Source: Rickettsia typhi (GTDB taxonomy: Bacteria > Pseudomonadota > Alphaproteobacteria > Rickettsiales > UBA1997). From it: DNA of 58,404 bases. Below the pieces are notes generated by a model that was not told the DNA's origin, searched no databases, and was given only the letters and a program-made list of their open reading frames with translations. A program made the position numbers and the translations under genes. Each line of letters opens with the position of its first letter. The stretch's first letter is position 1. This document shows positions 47,947 through 58,404 of the stretch, in pieces. The DNA lies in the NCBI GenBank assembly GCA_945900795.1, contig CAMDJN010000002.1, forward strand, positions 1-58,404, read 5' to 3'.

Positions 47947-48584
47947 AGCTAGTAATAATCGATTACGGTAGCGGTAATGTTGAGTCCGTGGCCAATGCCA
48001 TCTCAGTTGCAAAGGAAATGGCCAACCTTTCCGGAAATGTTATTATTTCCAGCAAAATCCTGGATATAAAATCAGCAACTCATCTGATCCTTCCCGGCGT
48101 TGGATCTTTTGGTGATTGCATGGATGGCCTCAAATTAGCCAATGGCCTGTTGCCAGAGCTTCACAAGCAAGTTGTAAAAGAAGGAAAACCGTTGCTCGGT
48201 ATTTGTGTTGGTATGCAAGTTTTGGCGTCAATTGGTCATGAAAACGGCGGACATCAAGGTCTTGGATTTATCGATGGAAAAGTCGAAAAACTTGAGGTGA
48301 TTGATGGTCTAAAAATTCCACACATGGGGTGGAACAACATTGCAATCAAGCCACCTAAACACAAGGTGCTGCAAGACATCGAGGAAGATGATCATTTCTA
48401 TTTTGCGAATTCCTACCACTTCATTTGCCAAAACGAAAATAATGTATTGGCATCGGTTGAATATGGTCAGAAAATCAATGCAATCATCAGTAAGAAAAAC
48501 ATTCTTGGAATTCAATTTCATCCAGAAAAAAGTGGAGTAACGGGATTAAAATTATTAAGAAATTTTCTGACCTGGAGGCCCTGA
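47943..48584 (+). CDS. hisH: Imidazole glycerol phosphate synthase glutaminase subunit HisH (class-I amidotransferase)
   Basis: 213 aa with GICVGMQ (Cys) and QFHPEKS (His/Glu). No hisF, hisA or hisB lies adjacent. Confidence 0.75.
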   Translation: MKLVIIDYGSGNVESVANAISVAKEMANLSGNVIISSKILDIKSATHLILPGVGSFGDCMDGLKLANGLLPELHKQVVKEGKPLLGICVGMQVLASIGHENGGHQGLGFIDGKVEKLEVIDGLKIPHMGWNNIAIKPPKHKVLQDIEEDDHFYFANSYHFICQNENNVLASVEYGQKINAIISKKNILGIQFHPEKSGVTGLKLLRNFLTWRP

Positions 48585-48622
48585 ATACAAGCCATAGGTT
48601 CTTTGCAAATTCAAAATTTACC

Positions 48623-50119
48623 ATGTCTAAAAATCGTAAAATCACAGTAGAAAATATCCCGCACTCTCTCACTTTTGATGACGTTCTTCTTAAGCCAGCT
48701 TTCTCCTCAATCCTTCCTGCAGAGGCTAGCACAAAAACCAAAATCACAAAAAATATTTCTCTCGACATTCCGATAATTTCGGCAGCGATGGATACTGTTA
48801 CAGAAAGTCGCCTCGCAATCGCAATGGCACAATGTGGAGGAATGGGCTGTATTCACAAAAATCTGACCGTCAAAGATCAGGCAGACGAAGTAAGAAAAGT
48901 AAAAAGATTTGAGTCCGGAGTAGTTTCTAATCCCGTTGTTATTACGCCTGATGAAAATTTGGGAGACGCACTTCTTTTGATGAACAAGTACGGAATTTCT
49001 GGAATCCCAGTTGTAAAGTCAGGTACAAAACAACTGGTTGGAATCCTTACCAATCGCGATGTGCGATTCGCTACTGATAAAAAACAACTAGTTTCTGAGT
49101 TGATGACAAAAGACCATCTTGTCGTTGCAAAGCAAGGCGTTAGCAAGTCTGAAGCAAAATCATTACTTCATAAAAATAAAATAGAGCGCATTATCTTAGT
49201 TGATTCGCAAGGCAATTGCATTGGTCTGATGACTGGTAAAGATCTAGAAAAAACCAAGCAATTTCCTCATGCTGCAAAAGACGAAGAAGGAAGATTGTTG
49301 GTTTCTGCCGCAACGGGAGTCGGTAAAGACGGCATAAAACGTGCTGAAAGTCTTATTGAGGCAGGAGTTGACATTCTTGTGATTGATACTGCGCACGGTC
49401 ATTCTGCGGGTGTAATCGAGACTATTCGTGAGTTAAGAAGGCTTTATCCGAAACAAGATTTTATTGCTGGGAATATTGCAACTAGCGATGCCGCAAAAGC
49501 TCTGATCGACGTCGGATGTGATGCGGTCAAAGTTGGAATTGGCCCAGGCTCAATTTGTACAACACGCATAGTCGCTGGTGTCGGAGTGCCGCAATTATCC
49601 GCAATTTTTGATGTTGTAGAATTTTGCGATAAAGTAAAAATCCCCGTAATTTCTGACGGAGGAATTAGGTTCTCCGGAGATCTCGCCAAGGCAATTGCTG
49701 CCGGAGCGTCATGCGTAATGCTTGGCGGATTGCTTGCCGGCGCAGAAGAAACCCCCGGAGAAATTGTGCTCTTTAAAGGCCGTTCTTACAAAGTTTATCG
49801 AGGCATGGGATCGCTTGGCGCGATGGCTCGTGGCTCAGCAGATCGTTATTTTCAGCAAGATGTTTCTGACAAACTAAAATTAGTACCGGAAGGTGTTGAA
49901 GGCCGTGTGCCTTACAAAGGACTGGCTGCAGATGTTGTTCATCAACTTGTGGGTGGATTAAAATCTGCCATGGGCTACACCGGAAATGGTACGATTGATG
50001 AGATGAGAAAAAATTGCGACTTCATTCGCATCACTAATTCCGGACTTCGCGAAAGCCATCCGCATTCAATCACCATCACTTCAGAATCGCCGAATTACAC
50101 AACTGAAAGCCTGTCATAA
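48623..50119 (+). CDS. guaB: IMP dehydrogenase
   Basis: 498 aa with a CBS pair and the catalytic loop [11 protein letters not shown]. Confidence 0.95.
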   Translation: MSKNRKITVENIPHSLTFDDVLLKPAFSSILPAEASTKTKITKNISLDIPIISAAMDTVTESRLAIAMAQCGGMGCIHKNLTVKDQADEVRKVKRFESGVVSNPVVITPDENLGDALLLMNKYGISGIPVVKSGTKQLVGILTNRDVRFATDKKQLVSELMTKDHLVVAKQGVSKSEAKSLLHKNKIERIILVDSQGNCIGLMTGKDLEKTKQFPHAAKDEEGRLLVSAATGVGKDGIKRAESLIEAGVDILVIDTAHGHSAGVIETIRELRRLYPKQDFIAGNIATSDAAKALIDVGCDAVKVGIGPGSICTTRIVAGVGVPQLSAIFDVVEFCDKVKIPVISDGGIRFSGDLAKAIAAGASCVMLGGLLAGAEETPGEIVLFKGRSYKVYRGMGSLGAMARGSADRYFQQDVSDKLKLVPEGVEGRVPYKGLAADVVHQLVGGLKSAMGYTGNGTIDEMRKNCDFIRITNSGLRESHPHSITITSESPNYTTESLS

Positions 50120-50154
50120 TTTTTTTTTAACTTCCTAATTCCCTCTAATTTCCA

Positions 50155-52411
<2,257 letters not shown>

Positions 52412-52420
52412 GCTTAACAC

Positions 52421-52533
52421 ATCCCGCGCGGGAATGGAGATATTCTCCCTTCCCATCATTCACTAAATTTTAAAATCATTTATTTGCATTTACTGCGAAA
52501 CATGTGGAATGGGTAAATACCACTTCCAGCCCC
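52421..52533 (+). repeat. 112-bp direct repeat, copy A
   Basis: About 93% identical to 53299-53410. Begins with the palindrome CCCGCGCGGG. Confidence 0.9.
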
Positions 52534-52592
52534 GGGAGGTGGCGAAGGAGAAGAGATTCGAACCCCCCACTACACATCAGTAATGTTGACAC

Positions 52593-52955
52593 TCAATCCC
52601 CAACCTTCCTCACAAACTCTGACTTCAATTTCATTTCCCCAATGCCAGGAATTTTGCAATCAATGTCATGATCTCCACCAACCAAGCGAATATTCTTAAC
52701 CTTGGTTCCAACTTTTACGACCAAAGACGAGCCTTTTACTTTTAGGTCTTTGATCACAGTGACAGTGTCGCCATCTTTAAGTATTATGCCGCTAGCGTCC
52801 TTGATAACATCTTCTGCATTTTCCTCATCCATCACCTCAGCTGCGAATTTTGACCATTCGTAAGAACATTCCGGGCAGACATACAAATCTCTTACTTCGT
52901 AAGTGTATTCGCATGCGCATTTTGGACATTTCGGCAAGAGTAGATCGTCGTTCAT
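52593..52955 (-). CDS. yjdM: Zinc-ribbon protein YjdM/PhnA family
   Basis: 120 aa with CPKC..(N)..CPEC and a C-terminal [25 protein letters not shown] pattern. Confidence 0.8.
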   Translation of the reverse strand: MNDDLLLPKCPKCACEYTYEVRDLYVCPECSYEWSKFAAEVMDEENAEDVIKDASGIILKDGDTVTVIKDLKVKGSSLVVKVGTKVKNIRLVGGDHDIDCKIPGIGEMKLKSEFVRKVGD

Positions 52956-52998
52956 GATTAATGTTTTTGAATTGGTAAAGTTGTCTTTGTTTTGGAAG

Positions 52999-53296
52999 TT
53001 AGGTAGGAAATTTGATCCTCATCGGTTCAATTGCCGATCTTCTTTTGAGCTGCTTCTTGATTGATTTTGTGATTCCTCTTCTTTGACCGGAGATGAAGAC
53101 TTTGGTATGATTTCTGAGTGGATCATTTTCAACTCCGCGTCCTTTGTATTCACGATCCACGAAGGCTGATTCTATCTCTACTCCGGTAATTCTTTCTGAT
53201 GATTCCAAAGCTGATTTTAGCATGTGTCAGTCGTAAGGATTTTCGGGAAGGGCTTCGCTTGCGTCATTTGTCGTGTTTAGGGTTGAGCTCGTTGCT
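52999..53296 (-). pseudogene. Internal fragment of an IS5-family (DDE) transposase gene
   Basis: Reads ..LPENPYD(stop)HMLKSALESSERITGVEIESAFVDREYKG..VFISGQRRGITKSIKKQLKRRSAIEP. This matches the conserved NPYDGHTL..VDRGYRG..RRSAIEP block. It has an in-frame TGA at 53227-53229 and lacks both the N- and C-terminal parts. Confidence 0.6.
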
Positions 53297-53298
53297 CA

Positions 53299-53410
53299 AT
53301 CCCGCGCGGGGAATGGATATTCTCCCTTCCCAACATTCACTAAATTTTAAAATCATTTATTTGCATTTCCTGCGAAACATGTGGAAGAGGTAAATACCTC
53401 TTCCAGCCTC
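53299..53410 (+). repeat. 112-bp direct repeat, copy B
   Basis: See copy A. Ends in a perfect 9-bp hairpin, TGGAAGAGG-taaata-CCTCTTCCA. Confidence 0.9.
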
Positions 53411-53800
53411 GGAATTACCAATGGAACTCGTCTTAGATCCTTGGCGATTTCTTCGATGTCGGTAATTTTATCAAAGTGATTGATGTGAATCTGTTTTTAG
53501 ATTTCTAATCATTCCGCTCTCCCTCTTGTAGACCAAAAACAGGAAAAATTAGATTTTCTGAATCGAAGAATTTTTAATCCAAAAATTCAAAATTAGAAAA
53601 TCTCTGAAGGGGCCGTTGCAAATCCAACTTCCTAAAAAACCCAAGCTCAAAAATTTTTACAACCCAAAAAACTGAGAAATTTTGTTATTTTTTTGAGTCA
53701 AATTCGATTAATTTTTAGTAAATTTCAGGGTAAGTTTATAAATTTTGGTGATTTGGTGAACGATTGGCGCACCAATCCCTTGTTCATGTTATCAGAGGTG

Positions 53801-55134
53801 GTGGGTTAGTAATTTGCTCCAGAGAATCATTGGTTAACACCACTAATCTTTTGAGATTGAAAGCAATGGGTATTTTCTGGAATGATAAAAGACATTCTTG
53901 AAACAGCTTTAGGTGAGGAATTAAACCATCATTTGCAGCAAGAAAAAGAGCAGTTCACCGAGTCTGGGAATGATTTTAACAACCGCAAAAACGGTTACAA
54001 TTCCAAGATCTTAAAAACTTCCGATTCAGCTTTTTCTCTTGATGTTGGTAGGGACAGAAATGGAAGTTTCGAACCTCAAATAATCAAAAGAAATCAAACG
54101 ATCTTAACCGAAGAATTGGATGATAAAATCATCGCTCTTTATGGCCTTGGAATGAGCTATCGAGACATTGTAGCCCACATGGAAGAGATGTATGGAATTG
54201 AGATCTCAAAATCTCTCATCACCTCCATCACCGACAAGATCATTCCCAAGATCAAAGAGTGGCAGAACAGGCCGCTAGAGAGCGTTTATCCCATCATCTT
54301 CCTTGACGCCATTCACTTCAAATGTACGGAAGAGAGTAAGGTAATAGCCAAAGCCTTTTACACTGTTCTTGGCATAAATCAGGAAGGGAAAAAAGACATT
54401 CTTGGGCTCTACATTGCTGACTCGGAAGGGGCTAATTTCTGGCTAGGGGTTCTAACGGATTTGCACAACCGAGGAGTTCAAGATATTCTCATCTGTTGCG
54501 TTGATGGTTTGAAAGGCTTACCAGAAGCGATTGCGGCAATATTCCCCAAAACGGAAGTTCAACTCTGTGTGATCCATCAAATCAGGAATAGCCTCAAATA
54601 TATTGCAAGTAAGGATCAGAAGGAATTTATGACCGACTTGAAGCTGGTCTACAAGGCTAATAGCAAGGATTTAGCCGAGTCAGAGTTAAAGAATCTGGAA
54701 GAAAAATGGGGTAAGAAATATCAGATTGTTCTGAGATCTTGGAACAATAATTGGCATAATCTCTCATCCTATTTCCGCTATTCCAACGAGATTAGGAAGA
54801 TGATTTACACCACAAATATCGTTGAAGGATTCCACAGGCAAGTCAGAAAAGTTACTAAGACAAAGGGCTCTTTCACCAGTCAAACAGCGCTTGAGAAGTT
54901 GATTTACCTTACCATCAAAAACATCAGTAAAAAGTGGGTTAAGCCTATTGCAAACTGGAGCTTGATCGTTGGGCAGTTGGATGTATTTTTTGCAGGTAGG
55001 CTGAGGTTGGATTTAGCCTAAAGGGATTTGACACGGAATGGTGGACGTTCCCTTTTCCTTTTGTATTTTCTTCGATTTGTGGGTTGGGTTCACTTGACAG
55101 ATTAGACAGCAGTCTCAAATTTCTACTAACCCAC
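53801..55134 (+). mobile_element. IS256-family insertion sequence (boundaries tentative)
   Basis: Imperfect terminal inverted repeat: GTGGGTTAGTA-ATTTG at 53801 against CAAATTTCTACTAACCCAC ending at 55134. It encloses the transposase ORF. I saw no flanking target duplication. Confidence 0.5.
53882..55021 (+). CDS. IS256-family (mutator-type) transposase
   Basis: 379 aa with family blocks FLDAIHFK, ILICCVDGLKGLPEAIAAIFPKTEVQLCVIHQIRN and TTNIVEGFHRQVRKVTKTKGSF. It is somewhat short at the N-terminus for the family. Confidence 0.85.
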   Translation: MIKDILETALGEELNHHLQQEKEQFTESGNDFNNRKNGYNSKILKTSDSAFSLDVGRDRNGSFEPQIIKRNQTILTEELDDKIIALYGLGMSYRDIVAHMEEMYGIEISKSLITSITDKIIPKIKEWQNRPLESVYPIIFLDAIHFKCTEESKVIAKAFYTVLGINQEGKKDILGLYIADSEGANFWLGVLTDLHNRGVQDILICCVDGLKGLPEAIAAIFPKTEVQLCVIHQIRNSLKYIASKDQKEFMTDLKLVYKANSKDLAESELKNLEEKWGKKYQIVLRSWNNNWHNLSSYFRYSNEIRKMIYTTNIVEGFHRQVRKVTKTKGSFTSQTALEKLIYLTIKNISKKWVKPIANWSLIVGQLDVFFAGRLRLDLA

Positions 55135-55305
55135 GCCAGACAAGGTTAGTTTTTTCCGCTTCCGATTCTCATGTATCACTGATACATTCCGCTTCGGGTT
55201 CCTAACCAACTACGCCTGACGCAATTAGTGGAATTCTGAATGATTCTAATGACGGATCTGGGTTAAAAGTCTTTCACCGAAATTTAGTTAACAAAAAATA
55301 AACTA

Positions 55306-55605
55306 TTGAGCACGCTACTAAAGAAATTCACATCTCTGTTTCTATGCCTGATTTTCCTAACCGCTATTATTATACCTTCGGTTAGTTTTCTTGGTTTTGA
55401 CACTACGCCTATCGAACAAAGCCTTCTAGAAATGACAGACGCAGAAGGAGAAGAGGCGGAAGATTCAGAAGAAGAAAAGTTTTCCAACTACGATTCCAGC
55501 GCAATCAGCCTTCTAAACATTGCAACAAACTTGACACAAAGAAGCCCCGATCATTTTGTTACGCAATTCTTCCCCTCCGTTCCAGTTTCTCCCCCCAATT
55601 CGTAA
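55306..55605 (+). CDS. Hypothetical small protein with an N-terminal hydrophobic segment and an acidic stretch
   Basis: 99-aa ORF with a TTG start and no recognised motif. Coding status is uncertain. Confidence 0.25.
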   Translation: MSTLLKKFTSLFLCLIFLTAIIIPSVSFLGFDTTPIEQSLLEMTDAEGEEAEDSEEEKFSNYDSSAISLLNIATNLTQRSPDHFVTQFFPSVPVSPPNS

Positions 55606-55707
55606 GTTCTGAAACCAACTCTCTAACTATACAAAGTGGCAACCCGCTTTCTTTGTATGGTTTAGATTCGTGCATTTTATGCATTTCATAACTTACGGAT
55701 TTATCTC

Positions 55708-57252
55708 ATGAAAATTTTCTCTCATATCAAGCACGACTTTCCCGCAAGTATCATCGTGTTCTTTGTTGCCTTACCTCTTTGTTTAGGAATCGCGCTTGCT
55801 TCTGGAGCTCCATTATTTTCTGGGATTATTGCTGGAATTGTCGGTGGAATAGTTGTTGGGGTTCTGAGTGGTTCTTCTCTTGGGGTTAGTGGACCAGCAG
55901 CTGGTCTCGCAACTATCGTCTTTGGTTATATTGCGAGTCTTGGTGGTTCGTGGGATACATTTCTTCTTGTGGTCGTGATCTCTGGAGTAATACAGCTTAT
56001 CATGGGCTATATTGGTCTAGGAACAATTGCCTATTACTTCCCATCATCAGTCATCAAAGGGATGCTTACTGGCATAGGTTTGATCATAATCATCAAACAA
56101 ATTCCACATGCTCTCGGTTATAACTCCCAATTCATTAAGGATTTTGGTCTAGAAAATCTGGACATAGAAACCTGTCTTTCAGAGCTTGGAACTGCTTGTA
56201 AATTCTTTACTAGTGGAGCGGTTTTAATTAGTGCCACCTCTCTCATTTTATTGATTCTATGGGAAATGATTTTGGCAAAAAGATATCAGCTCTTTAAGAC
56301 TATCCCAGCTCCTTTGGGAATGGTGGTTTTGGGAATTATCTTCACCAATCTTTTTTCTCACGGATTATTACCATTCGAATTAAACGCAGATCATTTGGTA
56401 AAAATTCCTTCTTCTTCAAGTGTGTGGGAATTTCTTGGTCAATTTAGCAGTCCTGATTTTAGCCAAATAAGCAATTTGCAGATTTACCCAATGGCGTTGG
56501 TTGTGGCGGTAATTGCCAGCTTGGAAACTTTGCTTTGCACTGAAGCTTGCGATAAGATAGATCCACAAAAACGATTAACCCCAACCAATCGCGAGCTTAA
56601 AGCACAAGGGATTGGTAATATAGTTTCTGGATTAATCGGAGGCTTACCAATTACTCAGGTAATTGTGCGTAGTAGCGCCAATGTCACCTTTGGAGCCAAA
56701 TCCAAACTTTCTACCATCCTTCACGGCGTTATCTTACTTGGTGCAGTAATTAGCATTCCAAACCTTCTTAACATGATTCCGTTAGCAAGTTTGGCCTGTG
56801 TTTTGCTTGCTGTTGGATATAAACTAGCAAAGCCAAGCCTCTTCAAACAGATGTATCGCTTAGGCTTCGAACAATTTGCCCCGTTCGTAGTTACAGTGAT
56901 TGCTATGGTAGCAACAGATTTGCTTACAGGAGTTGGTCTTGGAATGGCTGCGGCTATTAGCTTCATCATCTATAACAACTTTCTTAACCCTTACAGCAAA
57001 GTTGAAGATGAGGAAGGAAAACATCACGAGCATGTTTTTAAACTAGCTGAGGAGGTGTCATTCCTTAACAAGGGTAGTATTCTTAAGATGCTTAGCGACA
57101 TTCCATCTGGTGCTTCAGTGGTTATCGATGGTAGACATTCTAAGGTAATTCATCATGACGTGGTCGAGATTATCAGAGATTTTCAGATTAGCTCAAAATC
57201 AAAAAATATTTCACTTCAGCTCAAAGGAATCGATTTCCGAAAGTTTAAATAA
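55708..57252 (+). CDS. SulP-family anion (sulfate/bicarbonate) transporter with a C-terminal STAS domain
   Basis: 514 aa with a polytopic N-terminal core (GIALASGAPLFSGIIAGIVGGIVVG) and a soluble C-terminal domain of about 100 aa. Confidence 0.85.
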   Translation: MKIFSHIKHDFPASIIVFFVALPLCLGIALASGAPLFSGIIAGIVGGIVVGVLSGSSLGVSGPAAGLATIVFGYIASLGGSWDTFLLVVVISGVIQLIMGYIGLGTIAYYFPSSVIKGMLTGIGLIIIIKQIPHALGYNSQFIKDFGLENLDIETCLSELGTACKFFTSGAVLISATSLILLILWEMILAKRYQLFKTIPAPLGMVVLGIIFTNLFSHGLLPFELNADHLVKIPSSSSVWEFLGQFSSPDFSQISNLQIYPMALVVAVIASLETLLCTEACDKIDPQKRLTPTNRELKAQGIGNIVSGLIGGLPITQVIVRSSANVTFGAKSKLSTILHGVILLGAVISIPNLLNMIPLASLACVLLAVGYKLAKPSLFKQMYRLGFEQFAPFVVTVIAMVATDLLTGVGLGMAAAISFIIYNNFLNPYSKVEDEEGKHHEHVFKLAEEVSFLNKGSILKMLSDIPSGASVVIDGRHSKVIHHDVVEIIRDFQISSKSKNISLQLKGIDFRKFK

Positions 57253-57328
57253 GAGCGCACAACCCCTAATCTGACGCAATATAGAACTGTTCAAAATTCC
57301 AAATTAAACAAATTAATTCCTCAAAAAT

Positions 57329-57952
57329 ATGCTTACTTTAACAAAAGAAACCAGAGATCAAATGACGCCACAAATTGCCATCCACCTCTTGAAGGACGGT
57401 AACTTGCGATTTGTAAATAATCTGAAAGTTAATCGTAATTTGTTACAGCAGATGAACGATACCTCTGCAGAACAACATCCCTTCGCCATTATTCTTAGCT
57501 GCATAGATTCACGCACTTCTGCTGAGTTAATTTTTGATCAAGGATTGGGTGATATTTTTAGCTGTAGAATAGCTGGGAATATCCTGAATGACGACATTAT
57601 CGGTAGCATGGAATTTGCCTGTAAGATTGCTGGGGCCAAACTCGTCATGGTTCTGGGTCATACTGAATGTGGTGCAATTAAAGGAGCCTGCGATCACGTG
57701 GAATTAGGAAAGTTGACAGGACTTCTAAAAAAAATATCTCCTGCAGTAAGACTAGAAAAAACAGTGAAGGAAAATCGCAACTCTACAAATACTGCCTTTG
57801 TAGATGAGGTTGCATCATTGAACGTAAAAGTGACAATGAATCAGATTGGCAAGAAGAGTAAAATTTTAACCGAGATGAAAACTAAGGAAGAGATTGCAGT
57901 TATTGGTGGGATGTATGATGTTGGAACTGGTGTGGTGACTTTTTTTGATTAG
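57329..57952 (+). CDS. Beta-class carbonic anhydrase
   Basis: 207 aa with zinc-ligand motifs SCIDSR (CxDxR) and GHTECGA (HxxC). Confidence 0.85.
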   Translation: MLTLTKETRDQMTPQIAIHLLKDGNLRFVNNLKVNRNLLQQMNDTSAEQHPFAIILSCIDSRTSAELIFDQGLGDIFSCRIAGNILNDDIIGSMEFACKIAGAKLVMVLGHTECGAIKGACDHVELGKLTGLLKKISPAVRLEKTVKENRNSTNTAFVDEVASLNVKVTMNQIGKKSKILTEMKTKEEIAVIGGMYDVGTGVVTFFD

Positions 57953-57964
57953 AGAAAGTTTATC

Positions 57965-58006
57965 CCAGATCCGTCATTATCCCAAAAATCCTAATGACGG
58001 ATCTGG
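57965..58006. repeat. 15-bp-stem hairpin after the carbonic anhydrase gene; its right arm recurs at 55246-55261
   Basis: CCAGATCCGTCATTA (57965-57979), 12-nt loop, TAATGACGGATCTGG (57992-58006). There is no clear U-tract, so terminator function is uncertain. Confidence 0.8.
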
Positions 58007-58296
58007 TATTAATCACTCAACCTTATTCTGAGACAGAAATTTTTACTCAAAAAGTTTCTGAGTTAAAAGTAAAATCTGGTATTTCTGATTTTGAAATTGG
58101 CATCGCAACGCGTTACGAAATAACACGCGAATTCGCACCCTACCTAGCTTTACGCTATCACACTAAAACTTTTGGCACGGCTGATCTAGCAAAAAAACTA
58201 GGCGAAAGAATTGATAATTTTATTGCTGCAGTAGGGATAATACCATTTCCCACTCCTAATGGGGCTGTTGCAAATCCCCAAACAATTTCTTCATAA
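57994..58296 (+). pseudogene. C-terminal remnant of a CopB/PcoB-type outer-membrane copper resistance gene
   Basis: The ORF contains ..GIATRYEITREFAPYLALRYHTKTFGTADLAKKLGE....FIAAVGI.., resembling the conserved CopB C-terminal strands (RYEI.REFAPY.G..W...G.TAD). Roughly 200 N-terminal residues are missing and the tail is unrelated. Confidence 0.45.
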
Positions 58297-58404
58297 ATTT
58301 CTTTAGTTTTTTTGATTATTTTCCTTGTTATTAAAAGTAGCTAAAGCTACTGTTTACTAGCCCTAATGGCACTTCTGACTTTCATAAATCAGCAAGTTTT
58401 TAGC

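Noticed and set aside
52540-52575. Considered as the 3' end of a two-piece alphaproteobacterial tmRNA
   Set aside because: The acceptor 3' strand and the G discriminator do not fit the alanine identity (G3-U70, A73, ..UCCACCA) required of tmRNA, and no tag reading frame or 5' partner is nearby.
53609-53625. 17-mer GGGGCCGTTGCAAATCC, recurring with one mismatch at 58261-58277 and perhaps marking an IS5-like terminal repeat (the second copy sits where copB homology ends)
   Set aside because: A 16/17 match among about 1.7e9 position pairs is expected by chance a few times, and the downstream sequences are unrelated. I keep it only as a note. An ISfinder search of the 17-mer would settle it.

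Overview
AT-rich bacterial chromosome segment, about 90% coding, read by eye without any database search. Gene content and order (dusB, tatC, pth, aroC, ccmF, murG, uvrA, hemE, bolA, iscU-iscS plus a second desulfurase, rpsA, sppA, acpP, fdx, a lone virB4, gltA, yidC, clpP-clpX, grpE, rpmI-rplT, guaB, pntAB, thiC) suggest an intracellular alphaproteobacterium of the Rickettsiales/Holosporales type; this placement is inference only. Nucleotides 1-52400 are core housekeeping genes, interrupted by a few orphan ORFs and by an unrecognised modular palindromic repeat family bounded by TATACC...GGTATA. That family has four full copies, one fragment and related hairpins. The last 6 kb (52.4-58.4 kb) is a decayed mobile/accessory mosaic. 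It holds 112-bp direct repeats around yjdM and an IS5-type transposase relic, a tRNA-3'-end-like fragment, an IS256-family element, a SulP transporter plus beta-carbonic anhydrase cassette bracketed by a 16-nt repeat, and a copB remnant. A partial IS3-family end sits at nt 1-143. I found no rRNA, no CRISPR array, and no recognisable defence, toxin-antitoxin or biosynthetic multi-gene system. The observations most worth follow-up are: (1) the repeat family, which shows compensatory stem changes; (2) the hemE-bolA spacer as a candidate replication origin; (3) an isolated VirB4 paralogue with an intact Walker A but a degenerate Walker B; and (4) an unannotated 43-aa Lys/Ala-rich histone-like ORF. 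All functional calls rest on remembered family motifs and should be confirmed by homology search.
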